DNA of 64,000 nucleotides from contig OZ024742.1 in NCBI GenBank assembly GCA_964016885.1, positions 208,072,001-208,136,000 of the forward strand. The letters run 5' to 3'. A program made the position numbers and the translations under genes. This DNA comes from Eledone cirrhosa. Its lineage: Eukaryota. A model generated the notes under the pieces. It worked only from the letters and a program-made list of their open reading frames with translations. It was not told the DNA's origin and did not search any database. Shown here one piece after another: positions 41,175 to 55,580 of the stretch. Positions within the stretch are counted from its first letter, which is position 1. The number at the start of each line of letters is the position of its first letter.

Positions 41175-42984
41175 TTAAACACTCTTATTGAGGATTGGCG
41201 AATGTATGGTTACATAACCACCGGTGAATTACTTGTCTCCGGTGGTTTCGTCACTCCACGTGACTTTTGTGTGGCCTTATCACGCTGTAGACGAACCCAA
41301 ACAAACAAACAAACAAACAGGCAGAAAAAACCGCAAAAATGAATAAGCATATGTTTTTATTGTAATGTAGTGTTTGAATGTCTGACTTAGTTTTTCCCTT
41401 CCCTTCTCTGTCCGTCCGTTTGTTTTCTCTTCATTTTTATTTCCTTTGCGTTTTTCGTTGTTGCTGTGCTGCTTTGATTTTGATTTTTTTTTTTTTTTGA
41501 TTTTGACCGGGTCATCAATTCAGTCTATTCATATATTTTGATGTTTTCCTCTTTTAGTGGGAATTCTACAATGTAGCAGGGGATAGCGGGAGAGAATAGC
41601 GGCGGTAGTGATATTGAGGCAGCGGCGGCGGTGGTGGTGGCGGTGCTGTGCTAGCAGCAACTAGCAGGAGGTAGTGGGAGAGAATAGCGGCGGTAGTGAT
41701 AGTGAGGCAGCGGTGGTGGTGATGTGGTCGTATTGCTGTAGTGATGGTGTTGAAGTTAGAGTAGAAATTTGAGTCGACTTGACCAGAGTTTTCATCGTGG
41801 TAGTGGTGGTGGTATTGGTGGTGAAATTATCTTTAGTGAAATTATCGTTAGTCGCGTATATGTGTTGACATTTACCCATAATATTGGAATTAAACATTTT
41901 GTTAAAACTAAAACTTTATTTTTATTTTTATTTATTTATTTTTTATTTTGACCAGGTCATCAATTATTATTATGATTATTATTATTATTATTATTATTAG
42001 TATATATATATATATATAAAATTAAAAATACGAGGAAATAATAGACTAAAGTATACCTATACGCCGAATTTATTTGCACCGATATCTGCATGATAAAAAT
42101 GCACCATCGCTGTGAGATTGATAAGACTCATCAAGATACAGCTAAAAAAAGGACTTTTTCTTGAGGTGTTCGTAGCAAGTGAGAAAATGTCGAGAGGTGG
42201 AGGGGGAAATTAAAACGTGATACAGTGGTAAAAAAGGTCTGTTTCTTTCGTAGCATGTGGGAAATTCTCGAGAGTTGGATGGAGAAATTAACACGTGATA
42301 CAGTTATCACAGAAGGGTAGTAAAGGTTGACGGTGAGCGACCAACGTTTTTGCTAGAAAAAATCTGTTAGTATACGCCTAGTTGACTCAAGCCTAGAGGA
42401 GTTTGAGACAATATAATAATGAAATTCACACACATATTCATATGTATATATGTGTGTGAAATCCGCCTTAACAAGTTTTGCTCGATGACCAAAAGTGTTA
42501 AAATAATCAAAATAATTAAAATAACTCAATAATCGGAGGTATTTATCAAATCAAAAATACGAGGAAATAATAGAAAAAAATATACATATTTTTTTCGAAG
42601 TCCCGACTGCAGTTTCGCTGAATCAGCTAGCACCGAGGTTTGCATTATAAAAATGCATCATATATATATATATATATATTTCTGTTCCACGATTTCTTAT
42701 CCGAAAACGTATATTGAGACAAGTATTGTTATAATTTGGGAGGGTCATGCTGGCAATTAAAACACATGCACCTGTTGGTTTTCACCTCGATTTATTACAA
42801 ATTTCCAGTTGATTGGTTTTATAACCTGATGTTTTTATATTTATTGTCAAAGTTCTTTAGTTTCACATTCTGTGACCTCCTCAATGACTCTGTATTATTT
42901 TGTGTCTCTTTGTTCTGTCCTACACAATCTTGTTTTTGTGTGCTTTGTGCTGCGTACTTGAGTTGCGCATGAGCTATATCTATG

Positions 42985-43168
<184 letters not shown>

Positions 43169-43311
43169 TTTATTCGTTTATTTACTTGTCACTACTTGGT
43201 TGGTTATAATATATGCGTGTCTCTGGTTTGTTTTACTAGCTTGGTTCTTTATGTCTTTATCGTGTCCTTAATAACTAGTTGTGGTGTTGCTATTCCACTC
43301 ATGTTTTCTGT

Positions 43312-43510
43312 TTAATTTTGGTGTTTGTTTATGATTGTTGCTTTTGTAACCTTTCGTAGCCTTGCGTCTTTTCTCTTTGTGGATATGATCTTTATTTCTA
43401 TGTTCTCTACTGTGCCCCCATGTTCCATTTTGGCATGTTGGTGGAATACTGGTGAGTTCTCTCCACCTAGGACTTCTCGCCAGTGATCATTTCTCCTGTC
43501 TCCTAAGCAA
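43312..43510 (-). pseudogene. GIY-YIG endonuclease C-terminal fragment of another PLE
   Basis: RRNDHWREV..SPVFHQHAKMEH..IKIISTKRKDARLRKVTKATII resembles PLE EN C-termini. Confidence 0.5.
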
Positions 43511-44348
43511 AATAGAACATGGGGTACATTAAAGAACATAGAAATATAGATCATATCCACACACAGAAAAGACAGAATGCGTGACGAAACAGCTTTGACA
43601 ATAAATAAACAACCATATATATATATATAAATATAGTCGTATGTATGTGTGCCAATCTTTATTATTTCCTTTATTTAAACGTGTTATATTGTATAATTTT
43701 TTATTATTATTACATTTTATCAATGTATCATGGTCTCAATTTCTTGATAATGGCCAGTATGGCTGTAAAGGGATATGTAGTTCTAATAACTAATTTTGCT
43801 TTTCAAAAAGAAGGAGGACTGTAGCATACAGTCTAGATATAGCCCTCAATGCATATCTAACACTATTTGGGATCGCTTTATCGCTGGATACCAATAACGA
43901 TATCATCAATTTATAATTTCACTTCCTTAGCAATTATTCTATCTCTCCCTACACAATCCTACTCAATACAAAGGACCCATTACTCCAACAGAATATTTGT
44001 AGACTAAAAACATCAAACTCTCAACGTCCCTGCACAATTGTATTACTATAGGCTTTTATATTCATAAAAATAACTTACAAATAAATGTCCTCGTAAATCA
44101 GTTTAAGTGTTTCCTATATATTCGACAGATTATGCGTTGTTGGGGAGTCTCATACATAATTGGGTATTTGGGCAACGTCACTGAATAGTCTATCTTCATT
44201 ACTGTATCAATTACAAGTTTACTTGTTAATCACTAGCCTGCTCAAAACCTATACTTTTTATAGGCATTTTATATGAGTTCAATTCTCTCTAGGTGTGAAT
44301 TCCTATGAATCCTCGGGGATTGATAAATTTGTACTAGTTCTGCAGGTG

Positions 44349-44401
<53 letters not shown>

Positions 44402-44404
44402 GTG

Positions 44405-44435
<31 letters not shown>

Positions 44436-44451
44436 GTATATATATATGTAT

Positions 44452-45007
44452 ATGGCGATTGTCAAACTGAACTCAGGTTATGTTGTGATGCGTCACACTG
44501 TATATATAAGAGATTTGGCTGTGTCGGGGTGGGGGTTGTTAATGAGTATAGGAGTAAAGGAGTGTTGATGAAGATTTAAAGGAATTAAAGAATATATATA
44601 TATATACAGAAAATAGTGAATGGTAAGTGCAAGATAATTGATTGGGAGTGGAGTTGGGAGGTGTTGAGTTGTTTAAGTAATGTTTTAGAAAGGGGTTGTA
44701 AAAGTGCCCTCCTGCTGGGTCTATTTCAATAAAAAAATATCGCATATTGAAAAAAGAAAATTATATTCAAATAGAAGTGGATGACACCCGCACTTTCAAA
44801 CATTCTACCGTTGAAGAGAACAACCCTCGGAAGTGCACTACCATTTCACTAAATACCCCTCTCCCCAATGTATATGTGAACTTAAATACTTGAGTAGACG
44901 TGTATACATATGTGTGGGTAGATGTGCATGTATGTATATGTATGTATGTCTGCTGGTATACAGGTATGTGTGTGCATGTGTGTGTGTGTACGTATGCATG
45001 TATGTAT

Positions 45008-45098
<91 letters not shown>

Positions 45099-45148
45099 CA
45101 TATGCATATATGTGTGGATATGTCGATATATGTGTATATATGTGTATA

Positions 45149-45190
<42 letters not shown>

Positions 45191-45850
45191 TGTGTGTGTG
45201 TGTGTGGACGCATGAATATCTATATTAGCTCCATGTATGTCTACATGTAGGGAAGTAAATATATCTACAACATACATTTCTAGCAACAAATATTCCAAAA
45301 CAATCCTTATTTTTATCTTTGCTCTCATCCCATTTTTTCAAAAGACATGTCACCAGACGCACACATAAATTCATCTTGAATATTGAATATAGAAAATTAT
45401 TGAAGTTATTCTTTATAAATTTAAGGTAATTGATTCAGCTATAAGAAAATAATTTGAAAAACGTCCAGCAATTATATTCATCAAAGTTCATTTATTGAAA
45501 TGGAACCAGATGGAGGGTACTTTAACAGCCTCCTTCTTAAACACTCTTTAAACGCCCCAAAACCTCCCAACTCCACTCCCAATCAATCTTTGTATAGTAT
45601 TGTCTGTATATATATAGGCTTTCATTCCGTTCAAAACTCCATCAAAACTCCTTCAATCCCACACTCTTTAACAACCGCCACCCCGACACACCCAAATCTC
45701 TTATATATAGTGTGACACATCACAACACAACCTGAGATCAGTTTGACAATCTCCACCGTCGAGTGCGAGAAACCTCTCCAGGAAAGTTAACCAGGAACCT
45801 TTAAAAATCTCCCTACCAAAGTTAACAAAGAACTTACTATATCTATAAAA
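44452..45850. repeat. diverged long fold-back (family L)
   Basis: About 44452-44730 is an imperfect reverse complement of about 45495-45755. Tail begins after 45755. Confidence 0.6.
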
Positions 45851-46412
45851 CCAAATTGAAAATTGTAATATTACAAAATTAAATTATTTACAACTACAAG
45901 TGAATTCATTATTTTCCATTTTTTTTTACTATACCTAACTGTACCAAAGATTTCACACATTTTCCACAATATACATATATATATAATGTTATGTTTGAGA
46001 GAGTCATTTTGGCAATAAGGAACACACGCACATTTTAGATATCACTTCAATGTATTATTTTAATTTCTCAGTTGGTAAGTTTAATAACCAGATGGTTATG
46101 TAGTTGTTGATGACAATCTAAATACATGTAAACGTGCATCGAGTGGTAGGATGCATATGCTTTACTCATATTTGACGTAGTCAAGCAGTAGAATCTAAAG
46201 ACATTTTATCAATCAAAACACTTAGATTAAAGCGAGCATTCTAGTAATATCAATGTAGGTTAAAGTGGTGCATGTTAAGTTTAGGCGTAGTAAGTTGTGA
46301 TATACATATCCTCCTATCAGAAAAATAAAATAAAAACATTGGATAGAGAAGTGAGCACATTCTCCATTTACATGTCTTGTGATAAGATGTTATAAAGAAA
46401 CACCAATTAGTT

Positions 46413-46680
46413 TTGGATTGTCAGAATTGTTAGAGCGTCAGATAAAATACATTGCATTATCGGAGGATTAGTAGCATTTTTAAATCGTCAGAAATATACT
46501 TTGCGGCAACATAACTACGTCCCTTTACCGTCTGAGTTCAAATCTCGTTAAGGTTTGCTTTATTGTTCATCCTTACGAGTTCGATAAAATAAAATACCTG
46601 TACGCCTTGAATTGAAGAAATCAACTCAACCGTCCACACAAATTGTTGGCATTGTGCCTAAATGAGAAACCATTATTATT
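46413..46680 (+). mobile_element. tRNA-derived SINE, diverged
   Basis: CTGAGTTCAAATCTCG..TTCATCCTTACGAGTTCGATAAAAT..TTGTGCCTAAA. Confidence 0.6.
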
Positions 46681-47053
46681 TCAATATCTTCACGTTTTGG
46701 GTTTAAATAAAACTGATGTTAAATTCTGCCTTCATCGTTTTGGCTCCATAAAAAAAATTGCCATTTCAGGCTTTGAAATTTTTAGGGTTTGGACGAAATA
46801 ATTTGCAGTAATTTTTAAGGCTTTTTATTATTTAAATTTTGTGTAGTAGACTTAATACCTAGCTCGGTTCATTTGATACAAGGTTCAGAGAGGGATATGC
46901 CACCTTTTATATTACATTTAAGCTATTATTTTTGCGATCTATGAAACTTTTCATCCAATAAAATAAAATAATAATAAAAAAAATATACGATAATATTCCA
47001 GTAGTATTGATACCCTTATCATAAGACAAATCATCATTAATAATATTCTTGTC

Positions 47054-47245
47054 AGGGCGGTGGATTAGCAGTATCGGTAGAGAGTCGGATGCCATACTTT
47101 GCAGCAAAGAGTTACGTCCCTTTATGGTCTGAGATCAAATCCCGCCGTGGTTAACTTTGCCTTTCATCATTACGGGGTCGATAAAATAAAGTACCAGTAA
47201 TACACTGGAATAATTGCTGGTCTTGTGCCAAATATAGAAACAATT
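47054..47245 (+). mobile_element. tRNA-derived SINE (octopus-type)
   Basis: A-box-like TAGCAGTATCGG, B-box-like GATCAAATCC, conserved core TTTGCCTTTCATC..GGGGTCGATAAAATAAAGTACCAGT and 3' CTTGTGCC..TAGAAACAATT. Confidence 0.8.
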
Positions 47246-47672
47246 AAAAAGTAGAAACAATTAATAATATTCTTGTCATATCCTTCGTATGTTTTTCATG
47301 TAAGTACTATAATTTATCACGCTGAGCAGATTTTAGACACAAAATCTGATAACTATATTGTATGAGATAATATTCCAGCATAATTCAGGACCAGATACGA
47401 TTTGATATCGGAAGAATATTAAAGAGAGTAGTGGGTGAGAGGCACAGAGAAGAAGAAAGAATGAATGAAAGAGTGTGGGGGTAAAGAAAATGAATTCAGC
47501 GGGTGTAGAGAAGGAAGGGAATATTATCATATTGGAAATGACGATAAACATGAATTAGAAACATACATGATAAACAGACAACAAGCGGATGACTAATAAA
47601 ATATAATGTTACGGATCCATTCATACATCTCTCTCTCTCTATATATATATATATAAATATATATATAAATAT

Positions 47673-48141
<469 letters not shown>

Positions 48142-48162
48142 TATATATATATATATATTTAT

Positions 48163-48354
48163 ATAGGAACGCGTAGGACCCCGATGGCTTTGCTCAAGCC
48201 GTTTCGACGGCTAATTCAGTCCAGAATTAGCCGTCGAAACGGCTGGGGCTCAGCTGTCGGGGTCCTACTCGTTCCTATTACCCACTCTACTATCCTAAGT
48301 ATTGAGTACTTTTGTGTGTTATGGTCCACCTGGTTCCGTACCATTTCGTTCGTT
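48163..48354. mobile_element. fold-back mini-element, family A copy 3 (opposite orientation)
   Basis: Reverse complement of the family A layout, with the tail on the right. Flanked by (TA)n. Confidence 0.8.
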
Positions 48355-48357
48355 ATA

Positions 48358-48419
<62 letters not shown>

Positions 48420-48582
48420 AGTGTGTGTGTATATATATATATATATTATGTATATACGTGTGTGTGCGTGTGTGTGGGCGTGCGCGAATGTATCTACATG
48501 TATATATAAATATATACATAGATAAATACATTCACGCACGCGCAAGCACACACTCATATACATAATATATACATACATATAT

Positions 48583-48656
<74 letters not shown>

Positions 48657-49277
48657 GTATATGTATGTTGTATATATATACATATGTATGTATGAATGGA
48701 CCCTTAACTCCCGAAGGAGTCGTAAAGAAGCTATATTGACATACGGCGTTTTAAAGGCGAAGTTGACCTCGTGGGAATTTGAACACAAAGAGCAGAGAAC
48801 CGGAATGAATATCGCAAAGCATTGTATCTGACGTTGTAATGAATCTGCCACCACCTCGCCTTTTATGTGTATGTGTGTGTGTGGGAGGGGGGTATGTGTG
48901 TGTGTCTGTGTGCGTGAGTGTGTGTGTGCGTGCCGGCGAGAGTCTATGCTATTTTATGGCCGCTGGCTTTCCTGGGTTCATCCACATTTTGACAAGTTTT
49001 CTTTTACATCCCGCCGGGTATTCAAAGTCACCCTCTTCACCAAGAAATCAAGTTAGCTTGGGGGGTTTGCCGGTTTAGTCATCGACGGTCCAACCATGCA
49101 ACAGGATGCACAGTGTTACGTGTTGCCAGTAGCACTCACGAACGACCTAACACACACGCACACACACACACACACACATCTATATATATATATATGGCAG
49201 CGATAATGAGGGACAGAGACCACTGGAGAGAACTCGTTCATGGATCTCGGGAATTTTACCCGCCCTAGAATGTATAT

Positions 49278-49371
<94 letters not shown>

Positions 49372-49373
<2 letters not shown>

Positions 49374-49569
49374 AGTAAGTATGTTTTGAACAGTGAACAG
49401 GTTTGAAATTAGAAAATAGAATAGCTTTCACCGTATTTTTGACTAAAGGAATTTTAGCCTGATAATGGGGTTTAGAACCCTCAGATAAATGGAAAAAGAT
49501 GAGTATTGACGTACTCGTCAATAGTCATCTTTTCCCAGTCCAAAATACGGTGAAAGCTATTCTATTTTT
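49372..49569. repeat. short fold-back element in (TA)n (family N)
   Basis: Arms AAAATAGAATAGCTTTCACCGTATTTT and its reverse complement. Inner hairpin at 49490-49533. Confidence 0.65.
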
Positions 49570-50025
49570 ATATATATATATATAAATGTATACTGGTATA
49601 AACCTGTTTATGTTGGGGCCGAGATTAGCTGGTGGGAACCATAGTTTTTGTAGTAAGTTCTCATCGCTTCATGTTCTCTCGAAGATTCTACTCGTGCTAC
49701 AGTGTCATTTATATTCATATATGCGTGTATGTAAATCGATATATTTATTATAAGTAGGGGATAAGTCATCACTTATTTCCAATCTCGAAATCACTTATTC
49801 GTCTGGTTCTATCTATATATTAACCTATATATAACCACTACGTATTAGTCCATATATCGCTTTACCATGATCAATCAACATACATAGACACACACACACA
49901 GCCACACACATAAACACATATTGTGAATGAGGCCCGTTTCTTACCAAATGCCACTAAGCATATGGAAGTATACAAATTATATGTTTTTTAAACAACTGAC
50001 AACCAAACATCACTTCATTAATGTT

Positions 50026-50210
50026 TGGTGGATTGGCAGTATCGGTAGAGGGTCGGACGCCATGCTTTCCAGCATAGTTACGTCCCTTTACGATCTGAGT
50101 TCAAATCCCGCCGAGGTTGACTTTGCCTTTCATCCCTACGGGTCGATAAAATAAAGTACCAGTAATGAACTGGGTATGTGTTGGCCTTGTGCCTAAAGTA
50201 GAAACAATTA
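50026..50210 (+). mobile_element. tRNA-derived SINE
   Basis: Same family, with GAGTTCAAATCCCGCCGAGG B-box region and core. Confidence 0.8.
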
Positions 50211-50749
50211 ATGTTTACACGCGTTTCTACTTCAATAATTGCCCATAATAGTAAAGCTCTTCAGGATATTAATTTGGGATTGCAATGATGCAAGTCACAA
50301 AGAAATACAAGCATCCATAGTCAAGAAATTGAAGAGGTGTATTTAATATATTTAAGTTATTTCATCTCCGAGGATGCACACGCAGAACAATTACTTATTT
50401 GTGTGAAATAGGCATCATTGTTTTCAGCAACACGAGATTGAAGAGATTTCTTATAAAAAAAGAAAGGTTATTTTCATCGGAGAAGCACATGTAAAATAGG
50501 TGATTGTTTGTGTACAACAGTCTTGGTTTTTAGAGAAAAAAGATATGAACCGCATTAAGAGGACATAGTTTAATATTAATGTTATACAACTTTAATATAA
50601 AAAGAGGAGTGCTGCTTATTATAATTATTAGTATCATAGGTAGGAAAAGGTGGTAAGTTTTAAAAATTGTATTAGATTTTTTTTTTTTACCTCGATACTT
50701 GTATCCGAGCAGCAGCCGAGGAGATATGCAACGTCAAGTTTGACGACAT

Positions 50750-51745
50750 TGGATGGCAATAGGCCACTTTACCGGTCAGATATGGCGGCCTTGGCCTCCG
50801 GTCCCCGATCTCACTGGCTTTGCAGGCGTTTCTTTCGTTGGTAAGCTCATGCCGCGTCCTCGTCAGCAGGGTTCTTATAAACGCAATAGAACCCTCTGTG
50901 TTCAGAGAATGTGAGGCACCCTGTGAGACGTGGGACCGGCTGGGACTTAAGTCCAGTAGACGTCCCTCCTCCTTCTCCCCCTGCTAACGTCAAGTTCCCC
51001 CAAAGCACTTGGGATGCCATGGCCTCAGACAGGCTCACGCGCCAGCTCGACCAGTACCGCCTTGCCTGTTTTCCTGCGGCCTCCAAACTCCACAGTGCCT
51101 GGCTCCATACCCTGCCCCTCCTTCTCCACTGGCACGCAGCTAGACAAAAGTAGCCCGCGCATCGGCGTTTCCTCGAGGACGGAGTCCGGATCTCGAGCCA
51201 CACAAATGTCGCTGCGGATCCACCGTTGACATTTTCGGCCTCCACCCGCTTTTCTGTCTCCACAGTGCCGGCCGCCACCCACGCCATGCTGCCCTCAACG
51301 AGGTCATAAAGCATGGCTTGGACGCTGCAGGCTTTCCTTCCCAGCTCGAGCCGGTGGGGCTGGACCGAAGGGACGGCAAAAGGCCAGATGGCATGACCGT
51401 CTACCTGTTCCGTGGTGGAAAACCCCTCGTCTGGGATGCCACTTACACCGACACTTTCTGCAGCCGCAGCCCGGTGCAGCCTGAAACTAATCCAGGTTCT
51501 GCTGCACGTCGGGCTGAGGAGGCTAAACTCCTCAAATACCGGTCGCTCTCCGACAGGTTTGCGGTTGTACCCGTGGCAGTGGAGACTTCTGGTGTCCTCG
51601 GCCCTAGGGCTACCTCCTTACTTACTACCATAGGCGCCGAGCTGGCCAGCCGCAGGTGTGAGCCCCGCGAGTTGGAGTGACTTTTCCAGCGCATCTCCCT
51701 TACCGTCCTCCGGGGAAACGCCTTCAATATTCTGTCCACCGGGGC
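50750..51745 (+). pseudogene. CRE-like non-LTR retrotransposon C-terminal region (zinc knuckle + RLE)
   Basis: HSAWLHTLP, CRCG..HAALNEVIK, LEPVGLDRRDGKRPDGMT..LVWDAT..K..KY..VAVETSG..LRGNA. Confidence 0.8.
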
Positions 51746-53404
51746 GGGGTGGGGAGGGGGGCATCACGTATCATTCCACTGAATCAAGTTTTTAAAATTT
51801 ACTGCTGAAAAGAAACACAGATGACTTTCATAGATTAAAGAAAAGTAAATTCTGTAGGCATGTAGACAGTATTTCAGACTCCCTTTTCAGTAAAACCTAG
51901 ATTAGACTTTAGTATTAAGGAAGGATACTGTTAAACACCAATTGCATTTTTGTTTCCTGTCTAGTAGTATTTTGCAATTTTCTCAACTGACTAAGAATGA
52001 AAGTAAGATACATTTACGCTTTTCAGTTCCCATAAGTGACTTGCAAGCAACGTCGAATTCTTCGGTTTAACTTTCTTGAAGGTGTGATAGTAGGAGTATT
52101 AACGTGATTTAAAATCATTAGAAGTTGCGCCTATATCTATACATTATAGGTATTATAGCGATCCGAATGTGGAAGCAGGAATTTATGATGTATGCTGGTG
52201 CAAAATAATAAAACAATTTAGATTAGATTTTATATCTACTGAGTGGAGAAGAGACGACCAACATATAAAAAAAATAAAAATAAAAATAAATAATCAACAT
52301 GTATGCACAATAATTTCAATGAATATTGAATATTTTTTATTCTAGTTTAAATTCCGTACATTTTGAAGACAGCTATCAGTAACTTAACAATAACAATTCA
52401 GTTTACTTTCCTCATTCGCAAGTAGAATAAACGTAAACCTGTATAAATTAAATAAAAATAAAAGTTCTGACGACATTTTGACTGAGAATTTAAAATCAAT
52501 ATTAATGTGGTTTATCAGAGGTATAATAAGAGACTGTTGTATTTTGAACGGATACTCTATTGTCTTTTTTTTTTTATTCATATTAAAATATCATTTGAAA
52601 CAAACGTCATAGACTTGCTGTCTACTACGCATTAGCTGAACGATTAGTATTTCATTCACTATTTCTTAACTGTGTGAATCTGATCACATATTGCTACATA
52701 CTTTCCAGCTTCAGTCAGTTCTCTCTACTTATTAAAGTATATTTGATTTCTTTTTTGAATTGGTAGAATAGTCACATTTGTTTTTAAAATAAAACAGATG
52801 AAATCTTATGATATTCATCACTTTTCTGAGTTATTATCACAAATGAGATGAAATTGTGTCAAAGAAGAATCGAAAAATAGTCGCTATGTTGTTTCAACAA
52901 AATCATACGTTTAGTCTTCAACGCTAGCAAATAGAGGACAATATTAATCGCGTGTTGAATGATTTGTTTTCGGTGTTAGTCCATATGTAATCGATTTATT
53001 CATATTTTCATTGTTTGAGAATTAGTATAATGTGAATGTAGTGTCGCAACCTGTGATGGTTTACTTTAAAATACATTATGTATGGTCTGGGGTGACTTAA
53101 GACATCTCTCTAGGAGAAGGTCACTCTGATATAAAACCTGCGATATCATTTGCATCCAATGTAGAGCAGTTCTTTTTGGGTAAATGCATTTGATGCTCAG
53201 AGCGTGGGATTGACTCCGTGCAAAGCCTTTCCTCACTTAAAAAAGTTTCAAGCACAGGCATCGCTTGATATATGATATTGTTTAAGATGCATGATATTGC
53301 CGGCCATAGGCAAGACCTTAGTAGACCTAAAAAGGCACGCCCATGAAGCTCCTGCTCAGGTATCAATATGGCACTACTCGAAATCGAGTTGCAGCCATCA
53401 TCAC

Positions 53405-55580
53405 CATGTATGTATGTATATATGCGTGAACGTTCTTCTGGTTTTATAATTTCACAATGTTTTACCAATAGAGAGAGAGTCGGTTTATAACATAGATACA
53501 AGACCCTGTCATTGGAATTTACACAATATCAACTGGGAAGATATATATGCATCTATGCATGTATGCAGGTGTGTGCAAGTATGGATGTTATTGTTCGTGT
53601 GGAGGTGTATGTTTTGAGTTATATGTGTGCATGGACATATGCTTTGTACATGTGTACATGGAGTTATTAAATGCAGAAATTTTGTGATGTGTTACACATT
53701 TTTACTGTTCCAGTAATAGACTGTACTTGTAATTTTCCAGCTAGTTATGTGCTTTCTGTTCCTGTGAAGCCCAACTTCTCAAGATTTGTACTGAGGCGGT
53801 TACTAACATATCCCAGTGCCCCAATAATCACAGGCATAAATCTGAAGGTATAGCCAGCTTGGAGTATCTGCAGCCTTCTCATTAATTCTGCATAGATATT
53901 CACGTTTTCGCTAATCCTTGATATTATATTGGCATCTGCTGGGCAGCTAACTTACACTACTGTACATGCCTTCTTTTCCCTGTCCCATATAATTATATCT
54001 GGCCTGTTATGCCTGCATTTTTGGGTGGTTTTAACTGGAACATTCCACCAGTACTCTTTTATATTATGTATATGTATGTCTTCCACATTGCTGTAGCCTT
54101 TAATGTGTTTATTATCGGGGCTATCTTTTCTACGGATTGCATTGTACAGTGTTTTAGCCACTACATCATGCCTCATCGGTAAATAGTACTGTGATGACAT
54201 CTTTTGGACAACTGCTTATGACATGGGTGATATCTTCGATGTTAATTCTGTAGAATCTGCACTTGTTGTCACATTTAGGTGTTTTGCCTGCATCCCTATC
54301 TTTTTTGTGAATCAGGGATTTTGTGTTGAATTCCTGTTCTTGGATTGCAAAAGCTTATCCTTCAGAGTGGGAGCCAATATAGCTGTTGTTGTTCCATGAT
54401 AGATTACTTTGCTTATCTATATTATTCTTAATCTGGAGCTTCCTGAAAGCATATCCATGCATGAATATTTACTCATCAGCATGCAATTTTTCATCCAATT
54501 TTTCGCTGCGCTATTGCTGGGCGTGAGTTTTGACTATCATGCAGGGAATATCTTTCAAGGAGTTCCTTCCCAACTCTCATAATCTTATCTATGTTGTCTG
54601 GCCGATGTTAGGCCTCTGCCTCCCTGCTGACGTTTCAAGTAGAGGCGGCCTATGTAATTGTTGATTTGGAAGTTTCCGGTGTCGCTTAGAATTTTTCGAG
54701 ATTTAACATCAATTGCACGGATTTCGTCTATCATCCACTCGAGTATTCAAAACTTTGGTGTTAGAACAGGCTCATCAAACACATTGTGAACCACTTTTTT
54801 TATTGTGGTCAGAGAATTACTATGACCATATTATTCTTAATCGGGTGTAATATCCCCTGCTTACGTGTTCCTTATTACAGATACCATTATAGGATATATC
54901 CTTATCTATACCAAGGTATCCGTAGCAATCCTCGTCAGATATCGGTGAAACAGTTTAGCCATTGATACAAATGTTACTAGATTGGATTTTTCCCCGCTTT
55001 ACAATTATATATGAACTTTTATCTTGGCCCAACTCCATTCCTATATCCTTTGAGAACGTTGTAACCAAGTCATGCTTTTTCGACATCCCATTTATCTTCT
55101 TGGTATATAGTTTCAAGTCATCCACAAAGAAATTAGGGGTTAAACTGGTATTTCTGTCCTCCTGTTGATGAACGATGAATAGCAGCCCAGAGAGGCTGTC
55201 TCCTTGAAATATACCACTGTGATATTCTATTTTATCAGTGAAAATAGAGTCCTCCTTCTCTGTCTTTATCTTTAGGATAGTAGCCCAAGAAGAAGACAGC
55301 TTCTCTATGGCTCTGATAATAATGTGGGGAACAGAATCAAATGCATTCCTGTAGTCCAGCCAGACTGTAACCATATTCCTCTGACATCTCAATTTTGTTA
55401 ATTAGTAGCTGTTCACCCCCCCCCCCCCGAAAAAAACAATATATTACTTTCCAGCTCCTTGTTCACTTGAGATGATGGGATTACTATTGCAGTGATTTGG
55501 GAGAAATAGTTTCAGGCAGGCTGTATACATTATACATCAGGTTCTGGCATGCAATGGGTCGGTAGCTTTTTGCCAAGTGT
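53405..55580 (-). mobile_element. R4-like RLE LINE, family 2, 5'-truncated decayed copy
   Basis: WLDYRNAFDSVPH, GIFQGDSLS, FFVDDLKLY, RHDVV and HNRPDIIIWD. The 3' UTR duplicates 55585-55810. Confidence 0.8.

Larger units (their letters stand above)
37678..41962 (-). mobile_element. R4/Dong-like RLE non-LTR retrotransposon, near full length
   Basis: RT + CCHC + restriction-like endonuclease, flanked on both sides by (ATT)n/(TAA)n at 37642-37677 and 41963-41998. Dong-type elements are known to target (TAA)n. Confidence 0.85.

Noticed and set aside
44806-44845. TTGAAGA..GGAAGTGCACTA hammerhead-like motif
   Set aside because: Core and stem I have several mismatches. At most a dead relic, so it is not listed as an ncRNA.
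50026-50120. tRNA gene
   Set aside because: The A/B boxes belong to a SINE head, with no cloverleaf and a continuing SINE body.
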